From positions 1,562,555 to 1,626,554 of the forward strand of contig NMRA01000011.1 in assembly GCA_002633005.1 (NCBI GenBank): a stretch of 64,000 nucleotides of DNA. Reading direction: 5' to 3'. Under the pieces are notes generated by a model. It worked only from the letters and a program-made list of their open reading frames with translations. It did no database searches and had not been told where the DNA came from. The stretch comes from Phoronis australis. Lineage: Eukaryota > Animalia > Phoronida. Below, piece after piece: positions 1 through 12,845 of the stretch; position 1 is the stretch's first letter, and every line of letters begins with the position of its first letter. The position numbers were made by a program, and so were the translations under genes.

Positions 1-1462
1 ACCCAGACTGTTCACGTGGCGGATCACATCTTATATGTATGTGCATGCGCGTTAGGTTACAAGTTTTCTCTAGTAAAAGAAACAGTGTTAAATGTAACGA
101 CTAATTACTTGAAAGGAGATAACAAAGAGAAAAACAACGATAAGTTGTGCATTGAACTTGTAACATTTCCTGAAAATACCAATAACAACAATATTTGATA
201 TTGTAATTGCCGAGGAATCGGCGCTTTGCAGACGATGTAATGTTTAGCTGTGGCAATTGAAAATTGAGACAGAACTGTCATATAATTAAATGTTTTGTAC
301 CAGACGTTACGTGAGGGGCCTGATTGCGTGTTGAGTATTATTTATACTGCTGCAATTGTTTTACTTCAAGCTATTTTCGGAGAGTTTGATGATCGAACCG
401 GCTAACGACGTCGAGTCGACATTGACCTACCTTTTGAACTTTCCATGTCAGAGGTCACTGTTGAAGTAGTGCGGGTGGTGAATACGGAAAACAATACCAC
501 ATGGCCGTAATGCACTCAACTGATTGAACGCGTATGGGATAACCTATCAAATTTAAAACGCAGTAATTTTGCGTTGAGTTTTTTTATTTTGACCATTAAT
601 AATAGCTCGAAACATCAAATTTCACAATAATGTCATATTAAACAGAACGCAAACCCAAATGTAGACTTAATTCAAACTATAATTTTGAATTCATTAAAGA
701 AGAAACTTGTTGTAATTACTCTGTTCACATTAACGAAGCTTAGTCTACAATCCCAACAAAAAAACATAGCCTTATCGACATCCGGTGAAATGCAAAGGAG
801 TAGTCGTGACCTTGAAATTGTCGCACTTTTGAGGTCAAATTGAGCATTCTATCATGCATGTGACGCGTTCGAGTTAAAACAGCTCAAAATTTGAATCGGC
901 AACACCTACTTTTCATTTTATAAAAACTACGATGGGCATCAAAACAAGGGAAATTATAAACGCGAAAGGTTTTGTGAAGAAGCCAAAACGCTAAAATGTT
1001 AGGTACTATAAATCCACAGAAATACATTTGTACACCGGCTTATGGTTATCAGTAAATCAGAAAGTAAGATTACAACCGTTGAAACCTATTCTGACATCGT
1101 ATAACAAAAGGGGGAGTGGCTTTTCAGTAACCCCTGTAAAGTTCACAATTATAGCAGAGATGTCTTTTTGATTGGCGGAGATAATCTACGTAACGGTGAC
1201 TTCCAGAACCCAAACATAAAACTACGTTAAGTGAAAGATACTCATGACGGCTGCAATCAAAATACAGGCCCGGCTCGTCTCATCTTGTAACCGTTCAATT
1301 ACCAGTATAGGTAACAATAGACAAGCGGTAGATGGGGGCGTAGTGATTGTGTTCCACAGGTTTATATGAAATGTAGCCTTTCAGACATCTGGCTTCTCTT
1401 GTTTTGAGAGACATCGCGCATCACAGTCTTCAACATACATTGTAGTTTTATACAACTACCGA

Positions 1463-1700
1463 GTGTCATGTGAAACACGGGGATAATGACGTTAAACTAT
1501 TAATATTACTCAGCTCAATGTCCTCAAAACACAGGAATTATGTCGTTGCATTATTACTAACCAATGTCCTGTGAAACACAGGGATGGTGTTGAGATATTA
1601 TTACCCAATGTCCGAAGCTGTGGAACATAGGGTTAATGGCAATAAATTATTCCTACTCAATGTTCTTCGAAACACAGGGATAATGGAACTGAGTTATTCG
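1463..1700. repeat. Degenerate minisatellite, about 5 units of ~45-55 bp
   Basis: Core (c)aatgtcc(tgt)gaaacacaggga(t)aatg recurs near 1463, 1517, 1562, 1606 and 1658, with related AT-rich linkers. Confidence 0.7.
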
Positions 1701-4700
1701 CTATCTTTACCCCAACCAATAACGCCCAAAAGCTCATTCATGTATGTTCGCATTTAGGCTTAAAATTCCGAAATCTTATGTGCTACAATTTTACTTTGTA
1801 TTCGTTTAATATTGCAATTTGTTTGTAGTCCATGAGATTCTTAAACGCATTTGGGAGAGCGTGGGTGCGATTACTAGACTGGCTGTGTTAAAGCGAACTG
1901 ATCAGCTGACTGCGTTCTCTGAACACAGGCAAAGTTGTGGCTTGCAGTTGTCAAAGGAATGATGCTGAGGCGAGGGTTGTAATGATCGAAGATGACGATG
2001 GTGATGAGGGTGAACTGGAGAACGACGACGGCGACGACGACTGTAACGTTGGACAGAATATATAATTGAGAGAATACATGTACAAAATAAAGCAATTAAT
2101 TTACACTCAAATTGCTTGATCGAAGATTTCCCACTTTAGACCCGACAAAAACAGATTGGAGATGACGTCATCAACAAGATCTCAATCTTTCAGTTTGTGC
2201 ATGTATACTGTGATTCTGTAATGTGAATGTACGTAGCTAGTCCGTTTTTGGTGAAACGAAAAACAGTGTGAGAGAAACAAATTTAAAAAAAATACTGCTA
2301 TCGAGTTTGCCCTGAAATATTTTCGTTAAAAATGTCACACTGTGTTGGACTTTATGTTTAGGCTATTGGTACAGCTGCTGTACTTACATGAAACTAAAGT
2401 TCATATTTTCATCAAAATTAAACTTCATATTATAGTCCCATTCATATTGGTAAGTACCCTCATACCTTGTCCATCCATGTATTTACTGGGGTGTTGAATA
2501 AACATCAGCATCAACGTGCAAAAATGTACAACCAAGCAATTCGAGGGTCGTTGACTGGCTGCATTCGTTTCTAAAACTAGGTCATTAATACTCATCGGAA
2601 TCGATGATCGACGTTAATGAATATTAGCCTACATTCGAGTGAAGTCTCGTCAATTGGGTCATCCTGATATATATGTACATATAGAGAGATAAACATACAC
2701 TTGTAGAAATATCAGGAATCGCGAAACCCGTAGTCTATAAGCAGTCAGAATGCTGAAGTTTTTTCTGGCTAAGCTATGGCACTGATGTGTGCAGTTGAAA
2801 GCAAATTGGCAGATGTAGAAAACTAAGGACACATGGATCATTGCGCAGTGGGGTCACATACATTTGCCGACACGTAACGGAAAACTTTGCCTCAGGCTTC
2901 GAAGACCAAGTTGCGGTAAAGTCGAATAAATTATATTACCAAAGGTCTTGAAAGAATTAGTGAACGGTTTCCGGGCCAGCCAAAGTGCACCGACTATTCA
3001 ACATAGTCAACTTTTTTACATTTGGACACAAACATGCTGTAGGTGTAAATAATGTTTCACACCGTGCATGATAAACACCTGAAGTCCACTCTATTTCAAC
3101 TCAGTTGAAGACAATAAGAAACAGAGTACCGACCTTTCTGAGACCTGAGGAACATGACATTTGATTTAGCAATGAACCATCAAACTGTGCAATGACTGGG
3201 TATTCGCAGGGTGCTGTCATGGTAATATGAGTACGAAAATAGTAAAAGGACACTGAGCTTGTCTTACGCGCAGAAGTCAGCCATTAAAACAGCTGCTTCA
3301 TTCGCTGTCGTTTGCTTCTGGATGGAGAAGCACGCAGAAAAGGTTCCTCAAATTTAGGAAACGGTGCCACGTTTTTTTCTTACCGTTTGTGTAGATTTTG
3401 TCTTTAAGCTAATTCAATACAAATCATTAAATCCAATTTCTCGCTAAATCACATTAAGCAAACCCGTATCATACCCATGCGGGTCATGACATCTAACAAA
3501 TATATAAGGCGCTCCGTATTTTAAGGCGTACACAATGTTGACCAGACTAAGTGTTCAGAGCTTCGGTCTTTATATTGGGTTCGCCGCCTGCTAGGACATT
3601 TCAGTCTTTAGGCTGTTTGCTTCGGAGCCTTCATAATTGTTTGTGAATTCGACAGCAAAAACCTTTGTGAAAATCAATGTATCAAACCAAAAGGTTCCAC
3701 ATGCTACCCGGCTAAAACAGAAATCAAACGGTCATGTTTCGTTACCAAGCAAAAATTGCCTCGAATATTTCCATAGCATTACAGAAATGATATCTGCTAA
3801 TTCTTGGCCACGAACAACAGCAAAATGCATCAGGTAATAGAGTCATCCAAGCGTCTCCCAACTGGGCTGCTTTGTATCAACGGCAAGTGAGCGTTCAGTT
3901 CCTTTGGTCGATAGAAACGAAAATAGTTCCAGTACCATGCACGACAAGTAAAGCTTAGAGACTTGCTTCTTGCAATTATTCAATCCGTTTGGCAATATTA
4001 AGTTGAGATCGTACGCTATAGAAAGTCACTTCAATTAATTTACAAAGCAGCTCGTGACTCTTAAAAGAACCACCTTTGGGAAGTCAGAACAACAAAGTTT
4101 TCGAAAAAATGCTCTGTCCTTTAAAAGTTTTGTCTAGCGTACAAAAGTCGAGTTACTCGTGAAATTACGAGATCAAGCGGGTTGATGAAGATGTCTAGGA
4201 GTTAATAGTAAATTATAGAGCGCCAAATCAGTCCTACGATGCGTCGATGAACTGAACCTCGGTGCATGCGTGCGATGGGCATTAGCAAGCAATAGATTCA
4301 GTTTTTAATAGATGTTCATGCACAAAGCAATACACACGCCCCTCAAATGTCCATTTCAGGCAACGATCATCAATCAATTTCCAACAGGTCGACACTATCA
4401 ACTGACAATGTTAGCGATTATACGCTATCAGTGAATATTGAATAGTTCCTTGTAGGATTTAAGCGATTCCAATCTTTTCCGACTCGTGGTTCGTCACAAA
4501 AGAAAGTCAGGTAATGTGTGAACTAAGGCTCGCCCCCGACAAACGTTACCGAAAGATCACCTCAACAATACACTCTGTTCACCGTTGATGCCGGTCGGTA
4601 ACATATTCTGCACTGCTGTTTGTTCGTAGTACATGCTCAACATTCAATACTGGCAAAATATCAAACAAACTGCATTTTACACATTCTTCGCACATTTTAG

Positions 4701-4925
4701 ATAGTTGAAATGAACTGCAATAGGCTATACCAGTCAAGAAGGTTCCAAATAACGAAAATGTTACTGTCATGCAGCAAACAGTATTAGGTACATGTAGCAC
4801 GTCTTCAGTCGACTGCGTCCTCGGCGAGAAACGACGTTATCGATCATGCCAAGATTTGTGATCGCACGTGCAGTTTTGCCCAGCACCCCCCGCCCCCTCT
4901 TGAGTTACACTTTGTTGTACGTGAG

Positions 4926-5107
4926 CAGTGGCGGATTTAGGGGGACGGGCCAGATAGCATTTGGCAGTTAGGGTGCGAATTGCTGACTAGCATGAATTCG
5001 CGCGCAACCAGTGGGGCTCGGGGGGGGGGGGNNNNNNNNNNNNNNNNNNNNNNNNNNNNNNCCCCCCCCCCCCCTACATGTAACTCGAAATCCTGGATCC
5101 GCCCCTG
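4926..5107. mobile_element. Non-autonomous DNA transposon (hAT5-like MITE) with 5-bp TSD
   Basis: Termini CAGTGGCGGAT...ATCCGCCCCTG; GTGAG duplicated at 4921-4925 and 5108-5112; internal N gap. Confidence 0.8.
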
Positions 5108-6316
5108 GTGAGTGGTTCCAAAACACTTCAAAATACACTTGAAATAAGTCATGTTTTAATCAAGCGGTGGGAAGTTTGTTACCCGCTCTCGTGGAGCCGC
5201 TGGAAGGTGATCATGAGTGTTTCCAGATCTGAAGAAGTTTGTTGCGTAATACCACTGTATTTGGATTTGTCATTGTAGCACTTGCAACTTCATTTTAAGG
5301 AAGCCTTGTTGCAGTTTTCAAGCGAATTCAGTTAATAATACGCGATTAGGTTGCTAATCAATCAGCCAGATTGGCTTTCCAGCTCACATCTTAGCACGTG
5401 AAAGTGCCTCCCACGCGACAAAAACAGAAGAAAGACCGCAAAACAGAACAAATCGAAAAAGCGACATGCGGAATAATATCCTCCAATGCATGAGAAAAAC
5501 ACCTACCTTGTAATCTGATTTCGCCGATGTCTAACGCCCGGGCATTCAATATTGTCCAACCAAACGACAGTGCGGCAGAGACTGACGACTCAAGTCTGCT
5601 ACAAAACGTGTCTGCATATTAAATTTAGATGTGTATTGTGGTAGGTGGTTAGAATGTGTCAAAAGACCAATCAGGTCATGATCGTGACTTGACGTCAGAA
5701 ACCCATTATTTCAATACGGTGCCTCACCGGAATATACTTCATTCATAAACTACGGTCGCGTGCGAAGCTGAGATGATTGACAAGTGGGCGTACCTAAACA
5801 AGGAGCTGCTGGTCAAACACCAGTAATCAGCTGAGTATACACTCGTTCTAATAATTCGAACGAGTCGACTAATAATTGCAACGACGTTAATTCTACCAAG
5901 TTAAACATGACAAGCAACGTCTCTATCCGCACACCATATATTTAAGATACATGACATTTACCATGACGTGACAATGTAGTGAAATGAAGCTTGCAGCGAT
6001 CAAAGTTTTAGAATGTTTATGATGCCACAATAGACTATCTGGAGACGACTTTACCATGGATATGAGCAGTAAATTTCAGACAAATTTCCGATCAAGAATT
6101 CAAAGTGAAGAGGTATGATTGCTACAGAGGTCTTGATGCCTCCAATGACAGTTATATTGCAAATTCAGGCAAGGCACAGAAACAACAGTCAATCACGGTC
6201 ATGTGTTAACCAAACACAGCATACATGTAGTTGGTTCTGGTCTGTACCCCGCTCATTGAATAAATTAATAACAAAACAACCGGCTTGAGATTCAACTTAC
6301 CACGCACCTGGGACAG

Positions 6317-6470
6317 CCGCCCGTTCAGTAACGCTGAGGACCTCGCTAAAAAGCAAGACTTCGCGAGATTACGTGAGATATTGCTGCGCATTTTAAATGA
6401 GAGCACGTGACTTTGACTAGGTTTTGGCTAGGTCCTAGCGTAGGTCCTAGCGTCTACTGAACGCACGCCT
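6317..6470. mobile_element. MITE, possibly PIF/Harbinger-like
   Basis: Inverted ends cgttcagtaacgctgaggacct...aggtcctagcgtctactgaacg; related partial copy at ~8360-8465 and a terminal fragment at ~26742-26756. Confidence 0.6.
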
Positions 6471-6737
6471 GGTTTCTGGCTAAAGTTTCCGGCCGATTTT
6501 CTCAACTCCGACCGAATCCACCAGATGTCGCACAGCTGGCTAAACACTATCTTCCATTACAATAATTGTCTTTCAATTAGATGTTGATGTCCGATGGGTA
6601 ACGGCCACATGTTTACATTCTCAATACCCAACTACACTTAATGTGCAGCGCTGAGCGACACCTATCCAAATAGGAAGTCAATACTGCCAAGAACTTGACA
6701 ATGTTATACTGAAGCCCTGTTGCATGGGTGCCACTAT

Positions 6738-7335
6738 CAACAATCAAAAACGAAAAAACGGAACAACTGTATTGAAAACCGAGGGAAATCGGGACATTTA
6801 GGTCTAAGCCAAATCGTAAGGGTGAAACAAAGACGTACCAACAGCGTTTTTAGTCGAATGGGAGATGTTACACCCCAAAATGCCCGACATCGTTTTTTGT
6901 TGTTTTTATAGTTGACTGGGAAATTGCGGATGCAGCGAAAACCAAAAAACGCCCCGTTTTTTTCTTTTTAATCGAGAGAAGATTATGGCTATGTCGCGTG
7001 GCATTTAAATAGTATATGACAAGTGTGTCAAAAAGCGGGACATTTCGATGGTGTGGCGCAATGGCGGAAAACAAGTAGGACAGTCCGCGAAGAGCGGGTC
7101 TATTGGCAATTACACTTCACGCTGACAGCAATACGAAGTACTAATTTGGGTTCTTTTACAAAGAAAACTTTTCATATTTTAAAATTTGNCACACACACAC
7201 ACACAAGCACGTGGAAGGCACACCACATACATTCACAAACACACACACACACACGCGCGCGCGCGCGCGCGCACGCACACACTTAGCTAAGTAATTATGA
7301 GTAACTTTCCAAAGTTACCTAACCACACCAGTTTT
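6738..7335 (+). repeat. Interspersed repeat with internal (CA)n/(CG)n microsatellite, copy 1
   Basis: Homologous in inverted orientation to ~49030-49684 on both sides of the CA/CG tract at 7190-7281. Confidence 0.65.
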
Positions 7336-10300
7336 TAGGGCCTAAAAATCATATAGGCCAACTCTCGCTGCAAGTCTCGTGGTCGCAAGCTCTAATAGAA
7401 TGCATAGGTCACGTGCTGGAGTTGGCATTCCAGGGCTAGAGTTCTATGATTTTATTTAGAATGTACTTGTCAGGTTTTGGCAAACTGTCTACTTCTCACA
7501 CTGTAGATGGGCAAAACTTAATTTATGCTTTTCGAAACAGTCAACATCAGCTATCCTAAAAAGTGCAAAGTATGGACGGAAGTCATAATCTCCACTTGAA
7601 GGAGCCTTACACTGAAGCTTAGACTCATGCACATATATGGGAAAGTGGGATTTTTTATCATTTGAAAAACACATCATACTTCAGACATAAGTATATGGTC
7701 CCGAATGCGGGCATATACTGTTGCTTCCGGTTGAGACACTTTTTTGTGAACGGAGTTGACTTTTCTTAATCCACTATAATCGAGGCAGTGCAGGTACGTG
7801 TAGAGTCAGCGTTCGATCATTAATCACTTAGCACAGACAAAGTCCGAAAATAATAATATTTTTCGCATTGTTCGAAAGGCTTCCTTGCCTACTTCCTCGA
7901 AAATTTACGACACCATAATTTGGAAGTAGATCAAGCCTGTTCATTCATTGCACAATTACTGGCTTCAGACGAATGAACTTTTAGAGTTCAAAGACGATTG
8001 AGACGGGGTTTTTTAAATAGTTTCATTTGACACATGTCTTAGTTTAAGTTATACTGTATAATACGAAACAAATTAAATACGTTCTCACTAAAGCAATAGA
8101 CCCTCACAATGGGTTTTCACAACAGTAGAATACAAAATGTAAACATAATTTCAAGTTCAATTTGATCCAAGAAAAAACTAGACAACTGACCTGCCAACCA
8201 GTACAAGGCCCTAAATAAAACTTTGCATTGTATAACAGAGGAAAGACAGTTTTCCTCGTCTCTGGTTGTGATGGCTACCAAATATCGAGACCACCAAACA
8301 AATCGAAAGGAATATATTAATATAGTCCGCTTGCAGGGTACTTGCTTCATATTTGGTTAGAGTTCAGTAGCGCTAGGACCTACATGTTGGTTAGGAGACT
8401 TCGCAAAATTACATGAGATATAAGTATTATTTTACATAAATGAGAGCACGTGGATTGGGCTTGATTTTTTATCCGCGAGACACCTACTGTCGGGATAGTT
8501 GTTGATCGGAACTATCCGTTGACTGGCAAGTTTACTTACAGTTTTATGTTCTGTATCCCCGCTGCACAACAGTTGTTTATTGAAAGCCGGTATTTGCCTA
8601 CTTTTCAAATTATATATACCTGAGCCTACACTGACAAAGGTCATAATAAAACTGCCAGAGCGATAGCAATTGCTTACAAAAATTCGTCGTTGATGGTGTT
8701 TTTGTGCTTCTTGAGACTATCAGGGAACAGTGTGACCCTTTTAGATTCTGGTTGTATTTCCACATGTAAAAAGGAATATATGTGAATGGCTGGTAGCAAA
8801 GTTTCAATTTGTCATCATAGGTCAACACATCACCAGTTGCCATTGGTTAAAACATGAAAGGTATTTGATGGCACATATTTTAGAAAACAAAACCAGATAT
8901 GAAGAGAAAATCAATGATAATCCATATACATTATGTATTACTGAACCGTGCTGGTTATTATCACGGTACTGAGAAATTCTGTAATGGGGATGTGACCAGC
9001 AGCAATTTTCTGCTTGAATCTCTCTACTTCAAAGCTTTTTGTGTGATTTACAAGCGAAAAAACGTAAAACACTCATTTTATGTTTACATTAAACGCGACG
9101 CCTAGCCGAGTCTCATTCATTAGTCTCTCTGTCCAAGTTTGTGACAGGGCCTATGCGGGTTATAGCCGCTTTTATCACAATGACCCTTAACCAAGTGCTC
9201 GCAATCGATCAGCAAATTGAATTTATGCCGTGATCAAATTTCGCCGTTATAACTGCTATGATTTCTATGCATATTAATGCAATTAGATGTAAGACTATTG
9301 CGATATAGAAATTGGTTGGCGGACGTGTTGTCATAACCAACACCATGAGATTCTAAAGAATCAACAATGATTAAGGATTTCTAGGGTTTTTAGGTTTTTA
9401 CAGTGATTTAGTATTAAATATAATAGTCTCACACTTGCTGCATTTCGTTAACTGCAGTTTTGAGAATGCCAACACAACTTATATTGCGGTTATGGAATAA
9501 TTTGCGTGGTATTGAAAAAAGTTGGTCATATAAAAATACTGGCGTCAGATGTGTACATAGGAGCACAACGGTCACGTGCCTCGCAGCAAACAACTTGTCT
9601 GTGACTAAGCCTCTTTCGCACAAACGACTTTTCTCCGAATTTAAGGCAGAACACTTATGATGAACGTATTACAAGTATTGTTCATGAGCAACGAAATCAT
9701 GTGTTACGGTTGTCCGCACTTTGGTTTTGAAATTTGATCTCACCAACAGATAAAGCCGTTACAGGTACATGGAAAATGCGGGAAGACCTGGGAAGTCATT
9801 CCATCATATTCCGTGGAAAGGGACATTTGTGTCCCTCGCAACGGCAATTGAATGGCAATGATAATTTGACTCTATATCTGGAACTGGATGGATCATAACC
9901 TCCATCAACTTCATGTCTTAGGTATGCATGCTCTTCTACTATTACATCATTCAACAAGAAGTCGCACTAAGTGCTCCCGCTATGTCCATCAATAACAAAC
10001 TCAGTTTGAAAAAATTCACAATGCCATATTCAGTAACGTACTGAATGATGAAAAATGAAACTTGTACTCTGAGATTTGAAATCCTCAGCTTCCGAGTTTT
10101 TTTTTGTTGATATCCGCTCAGTACTAATATTGCAGGATTCATCAAATAGTGTTAAAAATTTAAAAACGTTTAGGTTATAAAAATAAAGTGTTACTTGCTA
10201 TTACTATTGTTACAGTGATCTTTGTTATTTGATTATGGCTCAAATTTCTTGCCACAAAATGAATTGTCGTAACTAAATCACACTTTTTGCATTCTGCATA

Positions 10301-12781
10301 TTTTGATTTTGTCCTGCTATAAGAATGTGTTTCCGAGATCTCCTCCATTTTATTCCAACCCAAATACATTTTTGTCATTGAAGTAAGGTTCGACACAGTT
10401 TGGCGAAAAGACGTAAAACAAAGGATTTACAACGTTGGCTAGCTTCTGCCCTGGAATTTCAAGTCAAAGATTATTTGGTTAAGTTACATAGACCAGGAGT
10501 TCGTTTCACTGCCGAGAAATATTTTATAGAAATGAACTAATTAACTAGCAGTTTATGTGTGTATGCTCAGAGACTTTGGGCTTCGCTAAAGTGAGATTAA
10601 ATTATTTATCAGAAATAGTTGTGTAGAGGTTAAGACAAAAATTCTATCTTAGTCTTTATTCCCGTTTCAAGAAAGAGATTGGGTAGTACTTGAGCTTTAA
10701 AAATTTTGGCAAAATCGACGTCATCCACCTTGCAAGAAAACGGTGCTTTCATTTTCCTAATGACTGTGTTCGGACAACAGCTCGATCCTGAGGGAATACT
10801 CGCTGAAAACATGCAGTGGCAGAGCCCTGGTTTCTGGACCACGTGAACGTCGACCGCATTGTAGATTCAGGCTAGATTTTTTTCTGGTGGCGAGACTGTT
10901 ACTGTACTCTACCCAGGTCTATATATGTTGCAGCGATGATCCAAAAATACATTTCGTGTCGCGGTGTTGTGGAAATTACGCTTTAGAGATTCCTTTCGAT
11001 TCTCACTCCACTGAAGTCTCACCATGAAGGAGATCTCAGTGATAATGGACAAGTTGTCGTTGAACACATTTTTAAAATGTCAATACTCAAATAATAATTT
11101 GCCTTTGGCTATTGCAATCCCCACTTGTCGAATTCAACCCTCTTCTATACCAAAAACTCACACTTAAAGATTGACCTAGGACGGCTAACACCGCGCTTTA
11201 TGGTCCCCACCTGGCTTTTTAATTCTTTTGATGTCAGCATTGAACTTCGCGTAGCTGTGGCAGTGAAATGTTATTGATATCACAATGAATAATGGCGAAC
11301 AACCACAACAAAATGGCACCTCCGGTTTGAAGAATTGTGGTTTTTGAATTTAAATTTCTATTACAAAGTGATCAAATGCCTTTAACATTACGTAAAATTT
11401 GCCAAATCTACCAATGACGTCATCAAAAAGGTGCATTTGATGTATTCATTCAAGAAGAAAATGACCAATCATGATGCGTAAGGTTTTTTCGTCAACAGTT
11501 GAGTGCTATATATCAGCAGTTCTCCAGAGTTACATTGGTCCTTAGTTGATACCCGGGATTACCCCCCAGAAAGTGCCAAAATGAAACGTAATGAAAAGCG
11601 CTTTGAAAATTTCTTAATGTGTATCCAATTTCAGTAGCTGTAAAATGTTACAGTCAATTTTATTAACTATTTGAAGAGTAACTTTGAACCATGAGGAAAT
11701 CGATTTATTTTCATACACAGAAAGAATCAAGGAAAATTCGACCCCCCAGTAACCAGCAGCTGACAAAGTTCATTTGCATTTTTTCAAGTCCTACGGACAA
11801 GCACTATTTATTCACGGACAAAGTGAAACGTGAAATTGTCTTTGATCGGAAGTAGTTCACGTGCTCTTAAACTTTACTGAACATGACGTGTGCAGATTCT
11901 AGCTTCGTCAGAGCCTTCTCATAATCTTAGAATGAAACACGTTCTTGTATAAGCATGCCCTATGAAAGCTGCTTAATATCTACACGTTTTTGCATAGGCG
12001 TAAAATATAATAGCTGCCCAACATCCTTAATTTACAAAAGCGTAGAATAAGTACTAAATGCATGACAACACAATTTACATATATTCCAAGATATTCGAAC
12101 CCCTCGTCGCTAGACGAGAGAAATGTTAGATTACTGACTCTAAAACGTTTGGAATTAACAGGTTTGAATATTTAAAACATGCAGACACCTATATCGCACC
12201 TTTTAATGCATTTTCGGGTCAGTTGTTGTATATTTCTCACCTGTGACGACAGATGTGTCCAATCGAAGATCCGGAATCAATGTAAATGATGTATATATTT
12301 ATGTATGCTCATTTTTGCAAAGAGTACTGAGAAATCCTTGCAGTGTGAACTTATTCAAGAGTGTGTGTTATTCCCAACTTACAGTAGGAGAGAACTGGGG
12401 ATTTTGGAAGCGGAAAAAGTTATTGTACTCTTCAATATTACTTGCATTAAAGACAATTTGTTGCGCACAAACATCTTAATTGGAAATAAAGAGAACTGTG
12501 AAGACACAAAGCACATACTTTTCTGAGCTTTAAGCAACGATGCACAAAATGTACACGCTAAGACATATCGGAAAACAGACTTGTTCAAAATTGACATTCT
12601 AGTACACATATGAAATATAGCGGTCCACGGGAGGCGGGGGAAACCGATCGGAAATAGGGGGAACTAAAGGAGGCGACCACACGGGCCAAGTATTGACAGG
12701 CAGGATGAACCAAATTTCACTTTGGACCCAAACAAGCTTAATTCGGACAAGTCTAAAGATATTCCATCTATAGATTCAAAT

Positions 12782-12845
12782 ACAGCAGCGGCGGCAGCAG
12801 CGGCAAATTCAGCAGCAGCGGCGGTAGCGTGGCGGCAGCAGCAGT
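12782..12845. repeat. (CAG/CGG)n trinucleotide tract
   Basis: cagcagcggcggcagcagcggc... seen directly. Confidence 0.8.

Noticed and set aside
1463-1700. Repeat-spacer-like array
   Set aside because: Repeats are degenerate and the linkers resemble each other, so it is a minisatellite
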